Positions 1 through 9,705 of a stretch of DNA of 64,000 nucleotides are shown piece after piece. The stretch lies in assembly GCA_036499125.1 (NCBI GenBank), contig DASYEH010000012.1, positions 26,275 to 90,274 on the forward strand, in the 5' to 3' direction. A model generated the notes under the pieces. The model ran no database searches. It was not told the origin of the DNA and saw nothing but the letters and a program-made list of their open reading frames with translations. The DNA comes from Gemmatimonadales bacterium (lineage in GTDB: Bacteria; Gemmatimonadota; Gemmatimonadetes; Gemmatimonadales; GWC2-71-9). Position 1 is the first letter of the stretch; each line of letters starts with the position of its first letter. The translations under genes and the position numbers were made by a program.

Positions 1-8
1 CTTGGGGC

Positions 9-1403
9 ATGGATACCAACGAATTCCGACGTCGCGGCCACGAGATCATCGACTGGCTGGCAGAGTACTACGAAGGACTCGAGAGTCAACGCGTCGTGCC
101 TGATATCGCGCCGGGGACGGTCCGAGCCTCGCTTCCCGGCCAGGCACCCGACGCTGGGGAATCGTTCGATGCCATCCTGAAGGATTTTCGCGAACAGATC
201 ATGCCGGCGATGACCCACTGGGGCCATCCAGGATGGTTCGCCTATTTCCCCTCCAACAGCTCACCGCCAGCGGTTCTTGGCGACCTGCTTGCGTCAGGCC
301 TGGGCGCGCAGGGGATGAGCTGGGAGACTTCACCAGCCGCCACGGAGCTCGAGCAGGTTGTGATGGACTGGTACCGGCAGCTGCTGGCGCTGCCGGCCGA
401 TTTCACCGGCGTGATCCAGGATACGGCATCGTCGTCGACGCTGGTGGCGTTCCTGACCGCCCGCGAGCGTGTCGGTACCGACCGTGATCGGTTCGTGGCG
501 TACTGGTCCTCCCATGCACATTCGTCGGTGGCCAAGGCGGCGCGACTCGCCGGGATTCCAGAAGAGCGTTGCCGTGTGATCGCAGTCGATGCTGACTGGA
601 CCATGCGACCCGATGCACTTCGTGACGCGCTCGCAGCTGACGCGGCCGCTGGACTGGTGCCGGGCATCGTGGTGGCAACGATGGGGACCACATCATCGAC
701 CGCGTGCGACCCGCTGCGGGCGATTGGCGAAGCCGCTCGCAGGTACGGTGCGTGGTATCACGTTGACGCAGCCTTCGGCGGCTCCGCCGCCATCGTGCCG
801 GAAGTGCGCCCGCTGCTCGACGGCGTCGAACTGGCCGACTCGATGGTGACCAATCCTCACAAATGGCTGCTGACGACCTTCGATTGTTCCGCATATTTCG
901 TGCGCGATGTTGATGCGCTGCTGCGCACCTTTTCGGTGACGCCCGAATATCTGCGTACGCGTCACGATGCCAACAGCGCGGCGGTCAACTTTCGCGACTG
1001 GGGGATTCCGCTGGGGCGTCGCTTCCGGGCGCTCAAGTTCTGGTTTGTGCTGCGGAGTTATGGCGTCGACGCAATCCGTGCGATGATTCGCCAGCATATT
1101 GCGTGGGGAACCGAGTTGGCAGGCTGGGTCGACGCGACACCGGAGTTTGAACGACTGGCTCCTGCGCCCTTGGCGCTGGTCTGCTTGCGTCATGTGCCGG
1201 CCGCGCTCCGCGGCGACGAGGCCGCGCTGACCCGCCACAACGCCGAACTGCTCGCGCGTGTCAATCGACACGGCGCCGTGCACCTCACCCACACTACGCT
1301 CGACGGCAAGTATGTCATTCGGGTCGCCATCGGCGGGTTCCGCACCGGGCATCAGCATATCGAACAGGTGTGGCAGCTGATCCGGGCGGCAAGCGCGGTG
1401 TAA
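9..1403 (+). CDS. PLP-dependent group II amino-acid decarboxylase (aromatic-L-amino-acid/tyrosine decarboxylase-like)
   Basis: Complete 464-aa ORF with ATG at 9. The PLP-lysine region SMVTNPHKWLLT and the HVDAAFGGSA block are typical of DDC/TyrDC-type decarboxylases. Confidence 0.85.
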   Translation: MDTNEFRRRGHEIIDWLAEYYEGLESQRVVPDIAPGTVRASLPGQAPDAGESFDAILKDFREQIMPAMTHWGHPGWFAYFPSNSSPPAVLGDLLASGLGAQGMSWETSPAATELEQVVMDWYRQLLALPADFTGVIQDTASSSTLVAFLTARERVGTDRDRFVAYWSSHAHSSVAKAARLAGIPEERCRVIAVDADWTMRPDALRDALAADAAAGLVPGIVVATMGTTSSTACDPLRAIGEAARRYGAWYHVDAAFGGSAAIVPEVRPLLDGVELADSMVTNPHKWLLTTFDCSAYFVRDVDALLRTFSVTPEYLRTRHDANSAAVNFRDWGIPLGRRFRALKFWFVLRSYGVDAIRAMIRQHIAWGTELAGWVDATPEFERLAPAPLALVCLRHVPAALRGDEAALTRHNAELLARVNRHGAVHLTHTTLDGKYVIRVAIGGFRTGHQHIEQVWQLIRAASAV

Positions 1404-1409
1404 GTCCTC

Positions 1410-4190
1410 CTAACGCTCCCGCAGTGCCTCGCGCAGGTACGGTGCCGTGCGTGACTCGGCGACCAGCGCCACATCCTCCGGACGTCCCATCGCGACGACC
1501 TGTCCGCCGCGGGGGCCAGCCTCGGGCCCCATGTCAATCACCCAGTCGGCGCGCTTGATGACGTCGACGTGGTGTTCGATCACGACCACGGTATGCCCCG
1601 CGTCGACCAGCTTGTCGAGCACGCCAATCAGGACACGTACATCGTCGAGATGCAGCCCGGTGGTCGGTTCATCAAGCAGGTAGAGCTTGCGCCCGCCGCG
1701 TTTCTGTGCCGCGATCAGTTCGCGGGCAATCTTCAGGCGCTGCGCTTCGCCGCCCGAGAGCGTCGTCGCGGCCTGCCCGAGGCGCAGGTAGCCCAATCCC
1801 ACCTGCTGCAGTTGCCAGAGTGCGGCGCCGAGCCGCGCCTGATGACGAAAACGGCGGATCGCTTCGTCCACGCTCCAGTGCAGCACATCGTGAATGCTGA
1901 ATCCCTGAATGCGGACATCGAGCACTTCGCGCTTGAATCGGGTGCCGCCGCAGACCTCGCACGGCACGAAGACGTCGGCGAGAAAGACCATCTCGACCTT
2001 GACCTGCCCGGCGCCTTCACAATGCTCGCAGCGCCCGCCGGCCACGTTGAATGAAAAGGTGGCCGGTGTGTACTTCCGTTGCCTGGAGATCGGATGGCTG
2101 GCGAAGAGTTCGCGGATCTCGTCGTACGCCTTGATGTAGGTCACCGGATTCGAGCGTGGCGTGCGGCCGATTGGCGTCTGGTCGATCAGCACCACGTCAC
2201 TGAGCAGCTGCCATCCCTCCAGTGACGTGACGTCGCCGACCACTTCGCCCAGGTGCACCTTGGCGGAATGCTCGCCCTCGAATCGCCGCTCGAGCTGGCG
2301 GTAGATCACGTCATACACCAGCGTGCTCTTGCCGGAGCCCGACACGCCGGTAATGGCGGTCAGCGCGCCGAGCGGAATGTCGACGTCGACGCCCTCGAGA
2401 TTATGCAGCCGGGCGCCGCGCACTGTCAGGCGCGGGCCATCGACGGCACGTCGCAGGGACGGAATGCCGATGCGCTTGGCGCCGGTGAGATAGTCGGCGG
2501 TGAGCGTGGCGCGGGCGTCGTCAGGCGGTCCGGAATAGACCAGCTGGCCCCCATGTTCGCCGGCGCCCGGCCCGAGCTCGATCATCCAGTCAGCGCCCTC
2601 GATCGCGGCAAGGTCGTGTTCCACCACCACGACGGTATTGCCGAGATCGCGGAGACGCCGCATCAACGCGAGCAGCCGGTCGGTGTCGCGCGGGTGCAGG
2701 CCGATCGACGGCTCGTCCAGCACATACAGCGCATCGACCAGTCGTGCGCCGAGGGCATTGGCGAGCGCGATCCGCTGCGCCTCGCCGCCCGACAGCGTGC
2801 GGGTCTGCCGCTCGAGCGTGAGATAGCCCAGTCCGACATCGCGCAGGTACGTCACGCGCGCCGCGGCTTCGTCGAGAATCAGGTCGGCGACCTGCCGGGC
2901 GTTGCCTGACAGTTCCAGGCCGCTCAGCCAGGTCCACAGTTCGTCGATTGTTTCGCGGCCGACATCCGCGATGGACCGATCGGCGATGCGCACTGCCAGC
3001 GCATCGGGCTTGAGTCGTGCGCCATGGCAGGCGTGACACTCCCGCGCGAGTTGATACTGCCGCAGGAACACACGGATGTACTGCTTGTAGCGCTTCTCCT
3101 CAAGCTGCTTGAGGAAGGGAAAGATGCCGAGGTACTTGCCGGTCTTGCCATGCAGCAGTGTTTCCTGGACGGCGGCCGGCAGACTCTGCCACGGGACATC
3201 AGGGCTGGCGCCAAGCTTGCGCGCGGTGTTGGCCAGCAGCGTGCGGCGGGCCTCATACCGTGGCTTGGTCCACGGATCAATGGCCCCTTCGTGCAGCGAG
3301 CGCGTTGGATCAGGTACGATCAGCGAGAGGTCATACTCGAGCGTCGCACCGAATCCGTTGCACACCGGGCAGGCGCCACGGGGATTGTTGAACGAGAAGA
3401 GCGCGGGGCTGACGACCGGGGCCGGTGTGTCGCAGAGACTGCAGGCCGGATATTCGGTGAAACGATGACGCCGATCGTCGCGCAGCACCAGCGCAATCCC
3501 TTCGCCTTCACTGAAGGCGGTCGCAATCGATTCGGTGAGACGGCCCGCCTGTTCCGGCGTGGCGTTCAGCCGGTCAACGATCACCAGCACTTCGCCGGCA
3601 GCCACCAGGTCGATTCCGGCCGGGAGTTCGTCGAGGTGATGGGCGACACCGTCGACCTGCACACGCACGAATCCCAGCGCGCGCAGGTTCTCCACCGTCC
3701 CCGCATGGGTGACCCGCGCGACCGCCGGCAGCGGGAACGCCACCTGCAGCCGGCCGGGACCTGCAGCGAGGACGACATCCGTCGATGCCTGCGGTGTGTC
3801 GCGGTGGACCGGGCCGCCGCAGTTGGTGCAGAACTGCTCACCGATGCGGGCCCAGAGCAGACGGAGCCGATCGTAAATTTCGGTCGCCGTACCAACCGTG
3901 GAACGCGACGACATCGTCGGGGCCTGCTGTTCAATCGCGACCGCCGGTGCGATCCCTTCCAGACGGTCGACCAGCGGCTTCGGCATCCGCTCCAGGAACT
4001 GCTTGGCGTAGGTCGACAACGACTCGATATAGCGGCGTTGCCCCTCGGCATAGAGCGTGTCAAAGGCGAGCGAACTCTTGCCGCTTCCCGATGGCCCAGT
4101 CACCACGGTGAGTGTACGGCGGGGGATGTCGACCGAAATGCCCTGCAGGTTGTGCTGGCGGGCGTTGACCACGCGAATGACCGATTTCAC
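1410..4190 (-). CDS. uvrA: Excinuclease ABC subunit A (UvrA family)
   Basis: 926 aa. The N-terminus GPSGSGKSSLAFDTLYAEGQRRYIESLSTYAKQF is canonical UvrA. There is a second Walker A (GVSGSGKSTL), two LSGGEAQR signatures and CxxC zinc-finger pairs. GTG start at 4190. Confidence 0.85.
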   Translation of the reverse strand: MKSVIRVVNARQHNLQGISVDIPRRTLTVVTGPSGSGKSSLAFDTLYAEGQRRYIESLSTYAKQFLERMPKPLVDRLEGIAPAVAIEQQAPTMSSRSTVGTATEIYDRLRLLWARIGEQFCTNCGGPVHRDTPQASTDVVLAAGPGRLQVAFPLPAVARVTHAGTVENLRALGFVRVQVDGVAHHLDELPAGIDLVAAGEVLVIVDRLNATPEQAGRLTESIATAFSEGEGIALVLRDDRRHRFTEYPACSLCDTPAPVVSPALFSFNNPRGACPVCNGFGATLEYDLSLIVPDPTRSLHEGAIDPWTKPRYEARRTLLANTARKLGASPDVPWQSLPAAVQETLLHGKTGKYLGIFPFLKQLEEKRYKQYIRVFLRQYQLARECHACHGARLKPDALAVRIADRSIADVGRETIDELWTWLSGLELSGNARQVADLILDEAAARVTYLRDVGLGYLTLERQTRTLSGGEAQRIALANALGARLVDALYVLDEPSIGLHPRDTDRLLALMRRLRDLGNTVVVVEHDLAAIEGADWMIELGPGAGEHGGQLVYSGPPDDARATLTADYLTGAKRIGIPSLRRAVDGPRLTVRGARLHNLEGVDVDIPLGALTAITGVSGSGKSTLVYDVIYRQLERRFEGEHSAKVHLGEVVGDVTSLEGWQLLSDVVLIDQTPIGRTPRSNPVTYIKAYDEIRELFASHPISRQRKYTPATFSFNVAGGRCEHCEGAGQVKVEMVFLADVFVPCEVCGGTRFKREVLDVRIQGFSIHDVLHWSVDEAIRRFRHQARLGAALWQLQQVGLGYLRLGQAATTLSGGEAQRLKIARELIAAQKRGGRKLYLLDEPTTGLHLDDVRVLIGVLDKLVDAGHTVVVIEHHVDVIKRADWVIDMGPEAGPRGGQVVAMGRPEDVALVAESRTAPYLREALRER

Positions 4191-4253
4191 CGCTGAAACC
4201 TAATCCGCCAGCGACGCGCCCCGGGGTCCGCGCTCTCTTCTCTCCGTCGCGGA

Positions 4254-5339
4254 TTGGCGGTACGTTTGGCGCCGATGTCCGGCCTGCTCACGCCTGCGCG
4301 GCTCCGTCAGGGGTTTGCGCTCTTCGTCCTGATCTCGATCGTTGCCTACGCCGCCGTGCTCTTCTATGGGCACGACACGCAGGGCTTCATCGCGTCGCTG
4401 TCGCGCATTCGCTGGCGGTGGCTTGTCGTCGGCGCCGCGCTGGCGTCGATGGACTGGATCGGTGGCGGGCTGCGCCTCTGGGTGCTGGTGCGCCAGATCC
4501 ATCCGCGCCCGCCGTTGCGCGGGATGATCGTCGCTGGCGGCATGGGCGCCTGGGGTTCGTACATCACCCCTTTTCAGGCCGGCGCGTCGCCGATGATGAT
4601 CTACGCGATGAAGCGCGTCGGCGTGCCGGTGTCCAAGGCCATGACCGCGACGCTGATGTCGTTCATCGCGACCGTGGCGTTCTTCGCCATCGCGGGGCCA
4701 ACGGCGCTCTTCTTCGGGGCCGGCAAGTCGCTCGCGGCCCAGGGCCATTTCCTCGGGCTGTCGCTCCTCGACCTCTTCAAGTCGAGCATGGCGATCTTCG
4801 TGATCCTCGGGCTGCTCCTCGTCCTCGTCATGGTGGCCCCGCGCTGGGTCTCGACCGCCGTGCACCGGCTCGCCACCGCGCTCAGCCACCGAAGCACGCG
4901 CGTCTCGGCCCGGCTCGACCACTTGCGTGGCGGCATCGACCAGGCCCACGAAAGCATGCGCGTCTTCAACTCGCCACGCGGCTGGCTGGCGCTCTTCTGG
5001 GCAACGGTGCTCTCCGGGCCGAGTCACGCCAACAAGCTGCTCGCGGGCTACGTCGCGTTGCGGGCGATCGGCATTGAAGTGCCGTTCGTCGATGTGCTGC
5101 TGTTGCAGACCTTCATCACCTTTCTGCTCTACTTCGCTCCGACACCCGGCGCGTCTGGTTTCGCCGAGGGGCTGTCGACCCTCACCATGACCACGTACGT
5201 CACGCCGGTGCTGATCCCGATCTACACGCTGGTCTGGCGTTGCGTCTGGACCTGGTTCACCATTGCGGCGGGTTTCCTGGTCTTCTCAATGTGGGTACGG
5301 CGCGGGCTCAAGGGCGTCGATGAGGTCTCGGCGTTGTGA
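4254..5339 (+). CDS. Polytopic inner-membrane protein, UPF0104 / flippase-like (lysyl-PG-synthase TM-region) family, tentative
   Basis: 361-aa ORF made of successive hydrophobic segments. The family call is from remembered pattern only. Start is TTG 4254 or ATG 4275. The stop overlaps the next gene start (GTGA at 5336-5339). Confidence 0.5.
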   Translation: MAVRLAPMSGLLTPARLRQGFALFVLISIVAYAAVLFYGHDTQGFIASLSRIRWRWLVVGAALASMDWIGGGLRLWVLVRQIHPRPPLRGMIVAGGMGAWGSYITPFQAGASPMMIYAMKRVGVPVSKAMTATLMSFIATVAFFAIAGPTALFFGAGKSLAAQGHFLGLSLLDLFKSSMAIFVILGLLLVLVMVAPRWVSTAVHRLATALSHRSTRVSARLDHLRGGIDQAHESMRVFNSPRGWLALFWATVLSGPSHANKLLAGYVALRAIGIEVPFVDVLLLQTFITFLLYFAPTPGASGFAEGLSTLTMTTYVTPVLIPIYTLVWRCVWTWFTIAAGFLVFSMWVRRGLKGVDEVSAL

Positions 5340-7120
5340 CCGGAGGTATCGCGCCCGATGAGGCCCAGGCTGGGGCCGATCCCGAGCTCAGCCGCCGCCT
5401 GATGCGCTACGCCCGGCCGTACCGGGCCGCGATTGCTGCGGCGGTGCTTGTCCTCCTCGCTGAGGCAGCCCTGGCCCTGGTCGGACCGGCGCTCACGGAA
5501 CGCACGCTTGACGTTGCCCTGCCGCACCACGACATCGGGCTGTTGACGACCTTCGGGGTGGTGTATCTCGTCGCGCTGCTGCTGAGCTTTGCCGGCGAGT
5601 ATGCCCAGACCATGCTGACCACCTGGGTCGGGCAGCGGGTGATGTCCGACCTGCGCCGCGAGATCTTTTCGCACCTGCAGCAGCTCAGCGTGCCGTTCTA
5701 CGATCGGCAGCCGGTTGGGCGGCTGGTGACCCGCGTCACGTCCGACGTCGAAACCCTGAACGAGCTCTTTTCTTCGGGTGTCGTGACAGTGATCGGTGAC
5801 GTCGCGACGTTGGTGGCGATCAGCGCGATGATGCTGGCAACCAACTGGCGTCTTGCGCTCGCCGCGTTCGCGGTGCTCCCGTTGATGGCCCTGGCCGTCG
5901 CCTTGTTCCGGACCCGGATGCGTTCGGCGTTCAGTGATGCCCGGGCTGCGGTCGCCCATCTCAACACCTACCTGCAGGAGCACCTCTCGGGGGTGCGCGT
6001 CGTCCAGCTCTTCAATCGGCGCGTTGCCACCGCCGCGCGATTTGCGACGATCAATCGTGAACTGTATGCAGCCAACCTCCGGTCGATCGTTCTCTATGCG
6101 CTGCTCTTCCCGGTGGTCGAGTTCCTGACCTCGGCGTCGATCGCCTTGATCCTCTGGTACGCCGGCTTCCGGGCCGCCGGGCTGGGGCTGACCGTTGGGG
6201 TGCTGGCGGCATTCATCCAGCTGGTGCGCCGCTTCTTCCTGCCGCTCCAGGACCTCTCCGAAAAGTTCAATCTGCTGCAGGCCGCGATGGCCAGCGGCGA
6301 ACGGGTGTTCCGCCTGCTCGATACGCCCGTCGAGATCGCCAGCGCGGCCAACGGGGTCGCCCTCCCGGTCGATACCCCGGGGGAGGTGGTCTTCGAGGAT
6401 GTCTGGTTCCGCTACGCCGAGTCGGCGCCTTGGGCACTTCGTGGCGTATCGTTTCGGGTGGCTCCAGGCGAAACGGCGGCGCTGGTCGGTCATACGGGTG
6501 CCGGGAAAACCACCATCCTCTCCCTGCTGCTGCGTTTTTATGAGCCGACCCGCGGCCGCATCCTCGTGGACGAGGTGGACCTGCGCGAGCTCGATACTCG
6601 ATCGTTGCGTCACGCGGTGGGCTTCGTGCCGCAGGACCTCTTCCTGTTTCGCGACACGCTGGCCCGCAACCTTCGGCTTGACCGGGAGTTGAGCGACGAG
6701 ACCCTCTACGACGCGCTCACCGCCGTCGGTGCCGAGCCGCTGATGCGCCGGCTCCATGGCGGCCTCGACCATACCGTCGCCGAGCGGGGTCGTTCGCTTT
6801 CGGTGGGGGAGCGGCAGCTCTTTTCATTCGCCCGGGCCCTCGCGGGCAATCCGGCGATTCTGCTGCTCGACGAGGCCACCAGCGCGATCGATCCCGAAAC
6901 TGAGGGCCGTATCCAGGCGGCGCTGATCCGGCTGCGGGCTGGCCGGACCGCGCTGATCGTGGCCCACCGGCTTGGCACTATTCTCGACGCTGACCGCATC
7001 CTGGTCTTCCACCACGGCGAGCTGAGGGAGTCGGGATCACACCGCGAACTGATGGCGAGACAGGGCATCTATGAGCGCCTGGTCCGCCTGCAGCGGGGTG
7101 ATGACTCGGTTGCCGCTTGA
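5336..7120 (+). CDS. ABC exporter, fused permease/ATPase (MsbA/multidrug type)
   Basis: 594 aa with an N-terminal 6-TM exporter domain. The NBD has Walker A GHTGAGKTT, signature LSVGERQ and Walker B ILLLDEATS. Confidence 0.85.
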   Translation: MTGGIAPDEAQAGADPELSRRLMRYARPYRAAIAAAVLVLLAEAALALVGPALTERTLDVALPHHDIGLLTTFGVVYLVALLLSFAGEYAQTMLTTWVGQRVMSDLRREIFSHLQQLSVPFYDRQPVGRLVTRVTSDVETLNELFSSGVVTVIGDVATLVAISAMMLATNWRLALAAFAVLPLMALAVALFRTRMRSAFSDARAAVAHLNTYLQEHLSGVRVVQLFNRRVATAARFATINRELYAANLRSIVLYALLFPVVEFLTSASIALILWYAGFRAAGLGLTVGVLAAFIQLVRRFFLPLQDLSEKFNLLQAAMASGERVFRLLDTPVEIASAANGVALPVDTPGEVVFEDVWFRYAESAPWALRGVSFRVAPGETAALVGHTGAGKTTILSLLLRFYEPTRGRILVDEVDLRELDTRSLRHAVGFVPQDLFLFRDTLARNLRLDRELSDETLYDALTAVGAEPLMRRLHGGLDHTVAERGRSLSVGERQLFSFARALAGNPAILLLDEATSAIDPETEGRIQAALIRLRAGRTALIVAHRLGTILDADRILVFHHGELRESGSHRELMARQGIYERLVRLQRGDDSVAA

Positions 7121-7159
7121 GGTCCGATTGTTGCCACGTCTGGCTGGCGGCGGATAGCT

Positions 7160-7699
7160 TTGCGAGTTGCCAACGCCGAGGAGCCCGTTCTGGACCGCAG
7201 CCGATCAACCAGTGAAGCGGCCGTGGACCGGTCCGCGAGTCCGGCCGAACCGGTCCTGGCGCTGCTGCATGTGCGGGCCGGCGTGGCAGGTGCCCCGCTG
7301 GCGATTCGCAGCGCGGAGGCGGTCATTGGGGCCGATCCCGCCAGTGACGTCGTTCTGGCGGGCCCGCAGGTGGCGCGGCGGCACGCTCAGTTCCGGCTTC
7401 GGGCCGGGCTCTGGACACTGGTCGACTTCGGGTCGCCCGGCGGGTCGATTGTCGACGGCGACCAGGTTCGTGGTGAGGCCGTGCTGGCCCCCGGGTCGAC
7501 CGTGCGGCTTGGCGAGTGTCTTTTTGCCTTCGCGCCGCACGACCGCTGGGAGGACTCGCCGCCCGAGCGCCGGACCGGCGACCGGGCGCCGCTCCTGGTC
7601 ATACCGGCCCGGTCGCGATCGCTCTGGCCGTGGCTCTTTACCGTTGTCGTGGGGTGTGCCGTGATCCTGCTGGTTTTCCTTCTGCTCCGGAGCAGCTGA
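7160..7699 (+). CDS. FHA-domain protein with C-terminal membrane anchor
   Basis: FHA-like core (IGADPASDVVLAGPQVARRHAQF...GSPGGSIVDGDQV...STVRLGECLFAF) and a C-terminal TM (LWPWLFTVVVGCAVILLVFLLL). The start codon (TTG 7160) is uncertain. Confidence 0.6.
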   Translation: MRVANAEEPVLDRSRSTSEAAVDRSASPAEPVLALLHVRAGVAGAPLAIRSAEAVIGADPASDVVLAGPQVARRHAQFRLRAGLWTLVDFGSPGGSIVDGDQVRGEAVLAPGSTVRLGECLFAFAPHDRWEDSPPERRTGDRAPLLVIPARSRSLWPWLFTVVVGCAVILLVFLLLRSS

Positions 7700-8466
7700 T
7701 GCGTTTTACCTGCGCCGCACGCACCGATGTGGGCGTGGTGCGTTCCGGGAATGAAGATTCCTACCTGATGGGCACCGATCGTGGTCTCTTCATCGTGGCC
7801 GACGGGATGGGTGGCCACGCTGCCGGCGAAGTCGCGAGCGAGATGGCCACCCAGATCATCGCTGACCAGTTCCGGCCGGTTCGGGGCATGAGTGACGAAG
7901 AGCTGATGGCGCAGTTGATCGGGGCGGTCCGGGCGGCCAATGATGCGATCTTCCGCCGCACGCTTGCCGAACATGACAAGCGCGGCATGGGCACCACGTC
8001 GACGGTGCTCGGCCTGTTGCCCCGCCGTTACGTGATTGCCCAAGTGGGCGACTCGCGCGCCTACATGTTGCGCGGCGGGGTGTTGACGCAAGTCACCAAA
8101 GACCACAGTTACGTCCAGGAGCAAGTCGACGCGGGGCGCCTGACGCCGGAAGAAGCGCGAGTCCACCCGTATGCCAACGTGATCACCCGCTGCGTCGGCT
8201 CCAGCAGTGATGTCGTGCCGGACCTCTATTTCGGGACGCTCGAGCCGGGCGACCTGCTGCTGCTGGCGTCCGATGGGCTGACCGGCATGCTGGACGACGA
8301 GGACGTGCGCCAGATCCTCCTCGGCGATCAGGAACTGGAACGGATGATCGATGGATTGATTGCGGGCGCCAACCACCGCGGTGGCCTCGACAATGTGACC
8401 ACCATTCTGGTCCGCATCGACGAGATCACGCCGCCCACCGGTGAAATGCCCTCGGTGCGCGCTTAG
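7699..8466 (+). CDS. PP2C-family Ser/Thr protein phosphatase
   Basis: Start reassigned to ATG 7699, which overlaps the FHA gene stop (ATGA). PP2C blocks are RSGNEDSY, IVADGMGGHAAGEVAS, LLLASDGL and GGLDNVT. Confidence 0.85.
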   Translation: MRFTCAARTDVGVVRSGNEDSYLMGTDRGLFIVADGMGGHAAGEVASEMATQIIADQFRPVRGMSDEELMAQLIGAVRAANDAIFRRTLAEHDKRGMGTTSTVLGLLPRRYVIAQVGDSRAYMLRGGVLTQVTKDHSYVQEQVDAGRLTPEEARVHPYANVITRCVGSSSDVVPDLYFGTLEPGDLLLLASDGLTGMLDDEDVRQILLGDQELERMIDGLIAGANHRGGLDNVTTILVRIDEITPPTGEMPSVRA

Positions 8467-9692
8467 CGCGCACCCGCTGCGCGCGTCAAGTCGCTGATCG
8501 TCAGCTCGCGCGGGGCACTGGTGAAGACCCGCAGTCGCCGGGCGCTCTCGTACAACTCACTCGAAATCCTCGGCAGCCCCAACGCGCCGACGCGTCCCGC
8601 GTCGGTCAGGCGCTCGACTGCACCATGCCTGGTGACCAGCGGCAGGTCGACGCCCAGCATCGATTCCCGGGCCGGAAAATCAATCAGCACGCCATGGTGG
8701 GGCAGGTTGAGCTCGGAGCAGAGTCGATCCTCCGCGGCGGCCTGATCGGTCGGGTCATTCCACATGCGATGGGCAGCGAGTTCATCGTCGACGTCACTGG
8801 CAGGCAGGTCGAGCGCGCGCTTGTAGAGGTGACGCTCACGCAGTGCCCGCGCCAGCCCGGTGACGTCGTGCGCGCCGAGGCGCCCGTCCAGTTCGCCGTC
8901 AGTACACTCCTTCAGGAGCGCCGACTCGAGCGCACCGGCGGCAACGGTTTCGCGCACGGCGCGCTTGAACATGCAGGTGGCCGATCGCACCGCATGATGC
9001 CAATAGACATTGCGATACATCTGGTACTTCGCGAAGAGCAGCGATTCGAGCGCCGAGATCCCTTTTTCCTGGACGCCCATCTCGCGACGGCCGTCATCAT
9101 GTCGCGCGATGGCGAGCGACGCCAGCAGTCGGTCGACGTCGACTACGCCGTACGGGACGCCACACATGTGCGCATCGCGCGAGAGGTAGTCGATCTTGTC
9201 CAGATCGAGCGACCCCGAAATCAGGCCGCCCAGTGCGGCAGGCCCACGACCCTGGATCAAGTCCGCGATCCGGCCGATCAGGGCATCACCGCCCGTCGCC
9301 CGGAGCAGGTCGCCCAGGTCGCCTTCGGCAAGACGCGCGGCGCCGAGCGCCTCATGATGGGCAAAGCCGGCTTCTTCCAGCGCGTGTGAGTAGGGATAGT
9401 GGCCGATGTCATGCAGCAGCGCAGCGAGCCGGACGGCCAGGCATTCGTCGTCGCTGATGCCGTGCAGCTCCCCGCGGTCGGCCAGCGCGGCCAGCGCGCG
9501 CCGGGTCAGGTGATAGGCACCCAGCGCGTGTTCGAAGCGCGAGTGCGTCGCGCCCGGGTAGACCAGGAAGGCGTGACCGAGTTGCCGGATATAGCGCAGT
9601 CGCTGAAACGCGGGCGAGTCGATCGCCGCGACGGCAATCGACTCGACCCGGATGTTGTCCCAGAGCGGGTCGCGGATGATTTCGTCGGTCAT
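8463..9692 (-). CDS. HD-domain phosphohydrolase (COG1078 / SAMHD1-like dNTPase-type fold)
   Basis: HSRFEHALGAYHL and LLHDIGHYPYSHALE metal-binding motifs. Start set to ATG 9692 (MTDEIIRDPLWDNI), 13 nt after the pckG stop. The longer track ORF would overlap pckG. Confidence 0.75.
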   Translation of the reverse strand: MTDEIIRDPLWDNIRVESIAVAAIDSPAFQRLRYIRQLGHAFLVYPGATHSRFEHALGAYHLTRRALAALADRGELHGISDDECLAVRLAALLHDIGHYPYSHALEEAGFAHHEALGAARLAEGDLGDLLRATGGDALIGRIADLIQGRGPAALGGLISGSLDLDKIDYLSRDAHMCGVPYGVVDVDRLLASLAIARHDDGRREMGVQEKGISALESLLFAKYQMYRNVYWHHAVRSATCMFKRAVRETVAAGALESALLKECTDGELDGRLGAHDVTGLARALRERHLYKRALDLPASDVDDELAAHRMWNDPTDQAAAEDRLCSELNLPHHGVLIDFPARESMLGVDLPLVTRHGAVERLTDAGRVGALGLPRISSELYESARRLRVFTSAPRELTISDLTRAAGAR

Positions 9693-9705
9693 CCGGGATC
9701 TTGCG

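Noticed and set aside
1410-4190. Possibility that the 926-aa UvrA is a UvrA2-type paralogue (resistance or drug-export associated) rather than the housekeeping uvrA.
   Set aside because: The region corresponding to the UvrB-binding domain appears present on eye alignment with E. coli UvrA. The middle insertion region differs, but I cannot judge its significance without a real alignment or knowledge of other uvrA copies.
3024-4196. 390-aa plus-strand ORF antisense to uvrA.
   Set aside because: Same shadow-ORF reasoning: the uvrA frame on the other strand is unequivocal and the ORF has Arg-rich composition. The antisense ORFs at 24032-25843, 33435-34664, 34896-35951, 53875-55011, 56364-57407 and 59998-61020 are rejected for the same reason.
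5222-6772. 516-aa minus-strand ORF antisense to the ABC exporter gene.
   Set aside because: It is a typical shadow ORF of a GC-rich genome. The sequence is Arg/Gly/Pro/His-rich low complexity with no recognisable family. The opposite strand encodes an unambiguous ABC transporter with intact motifs.
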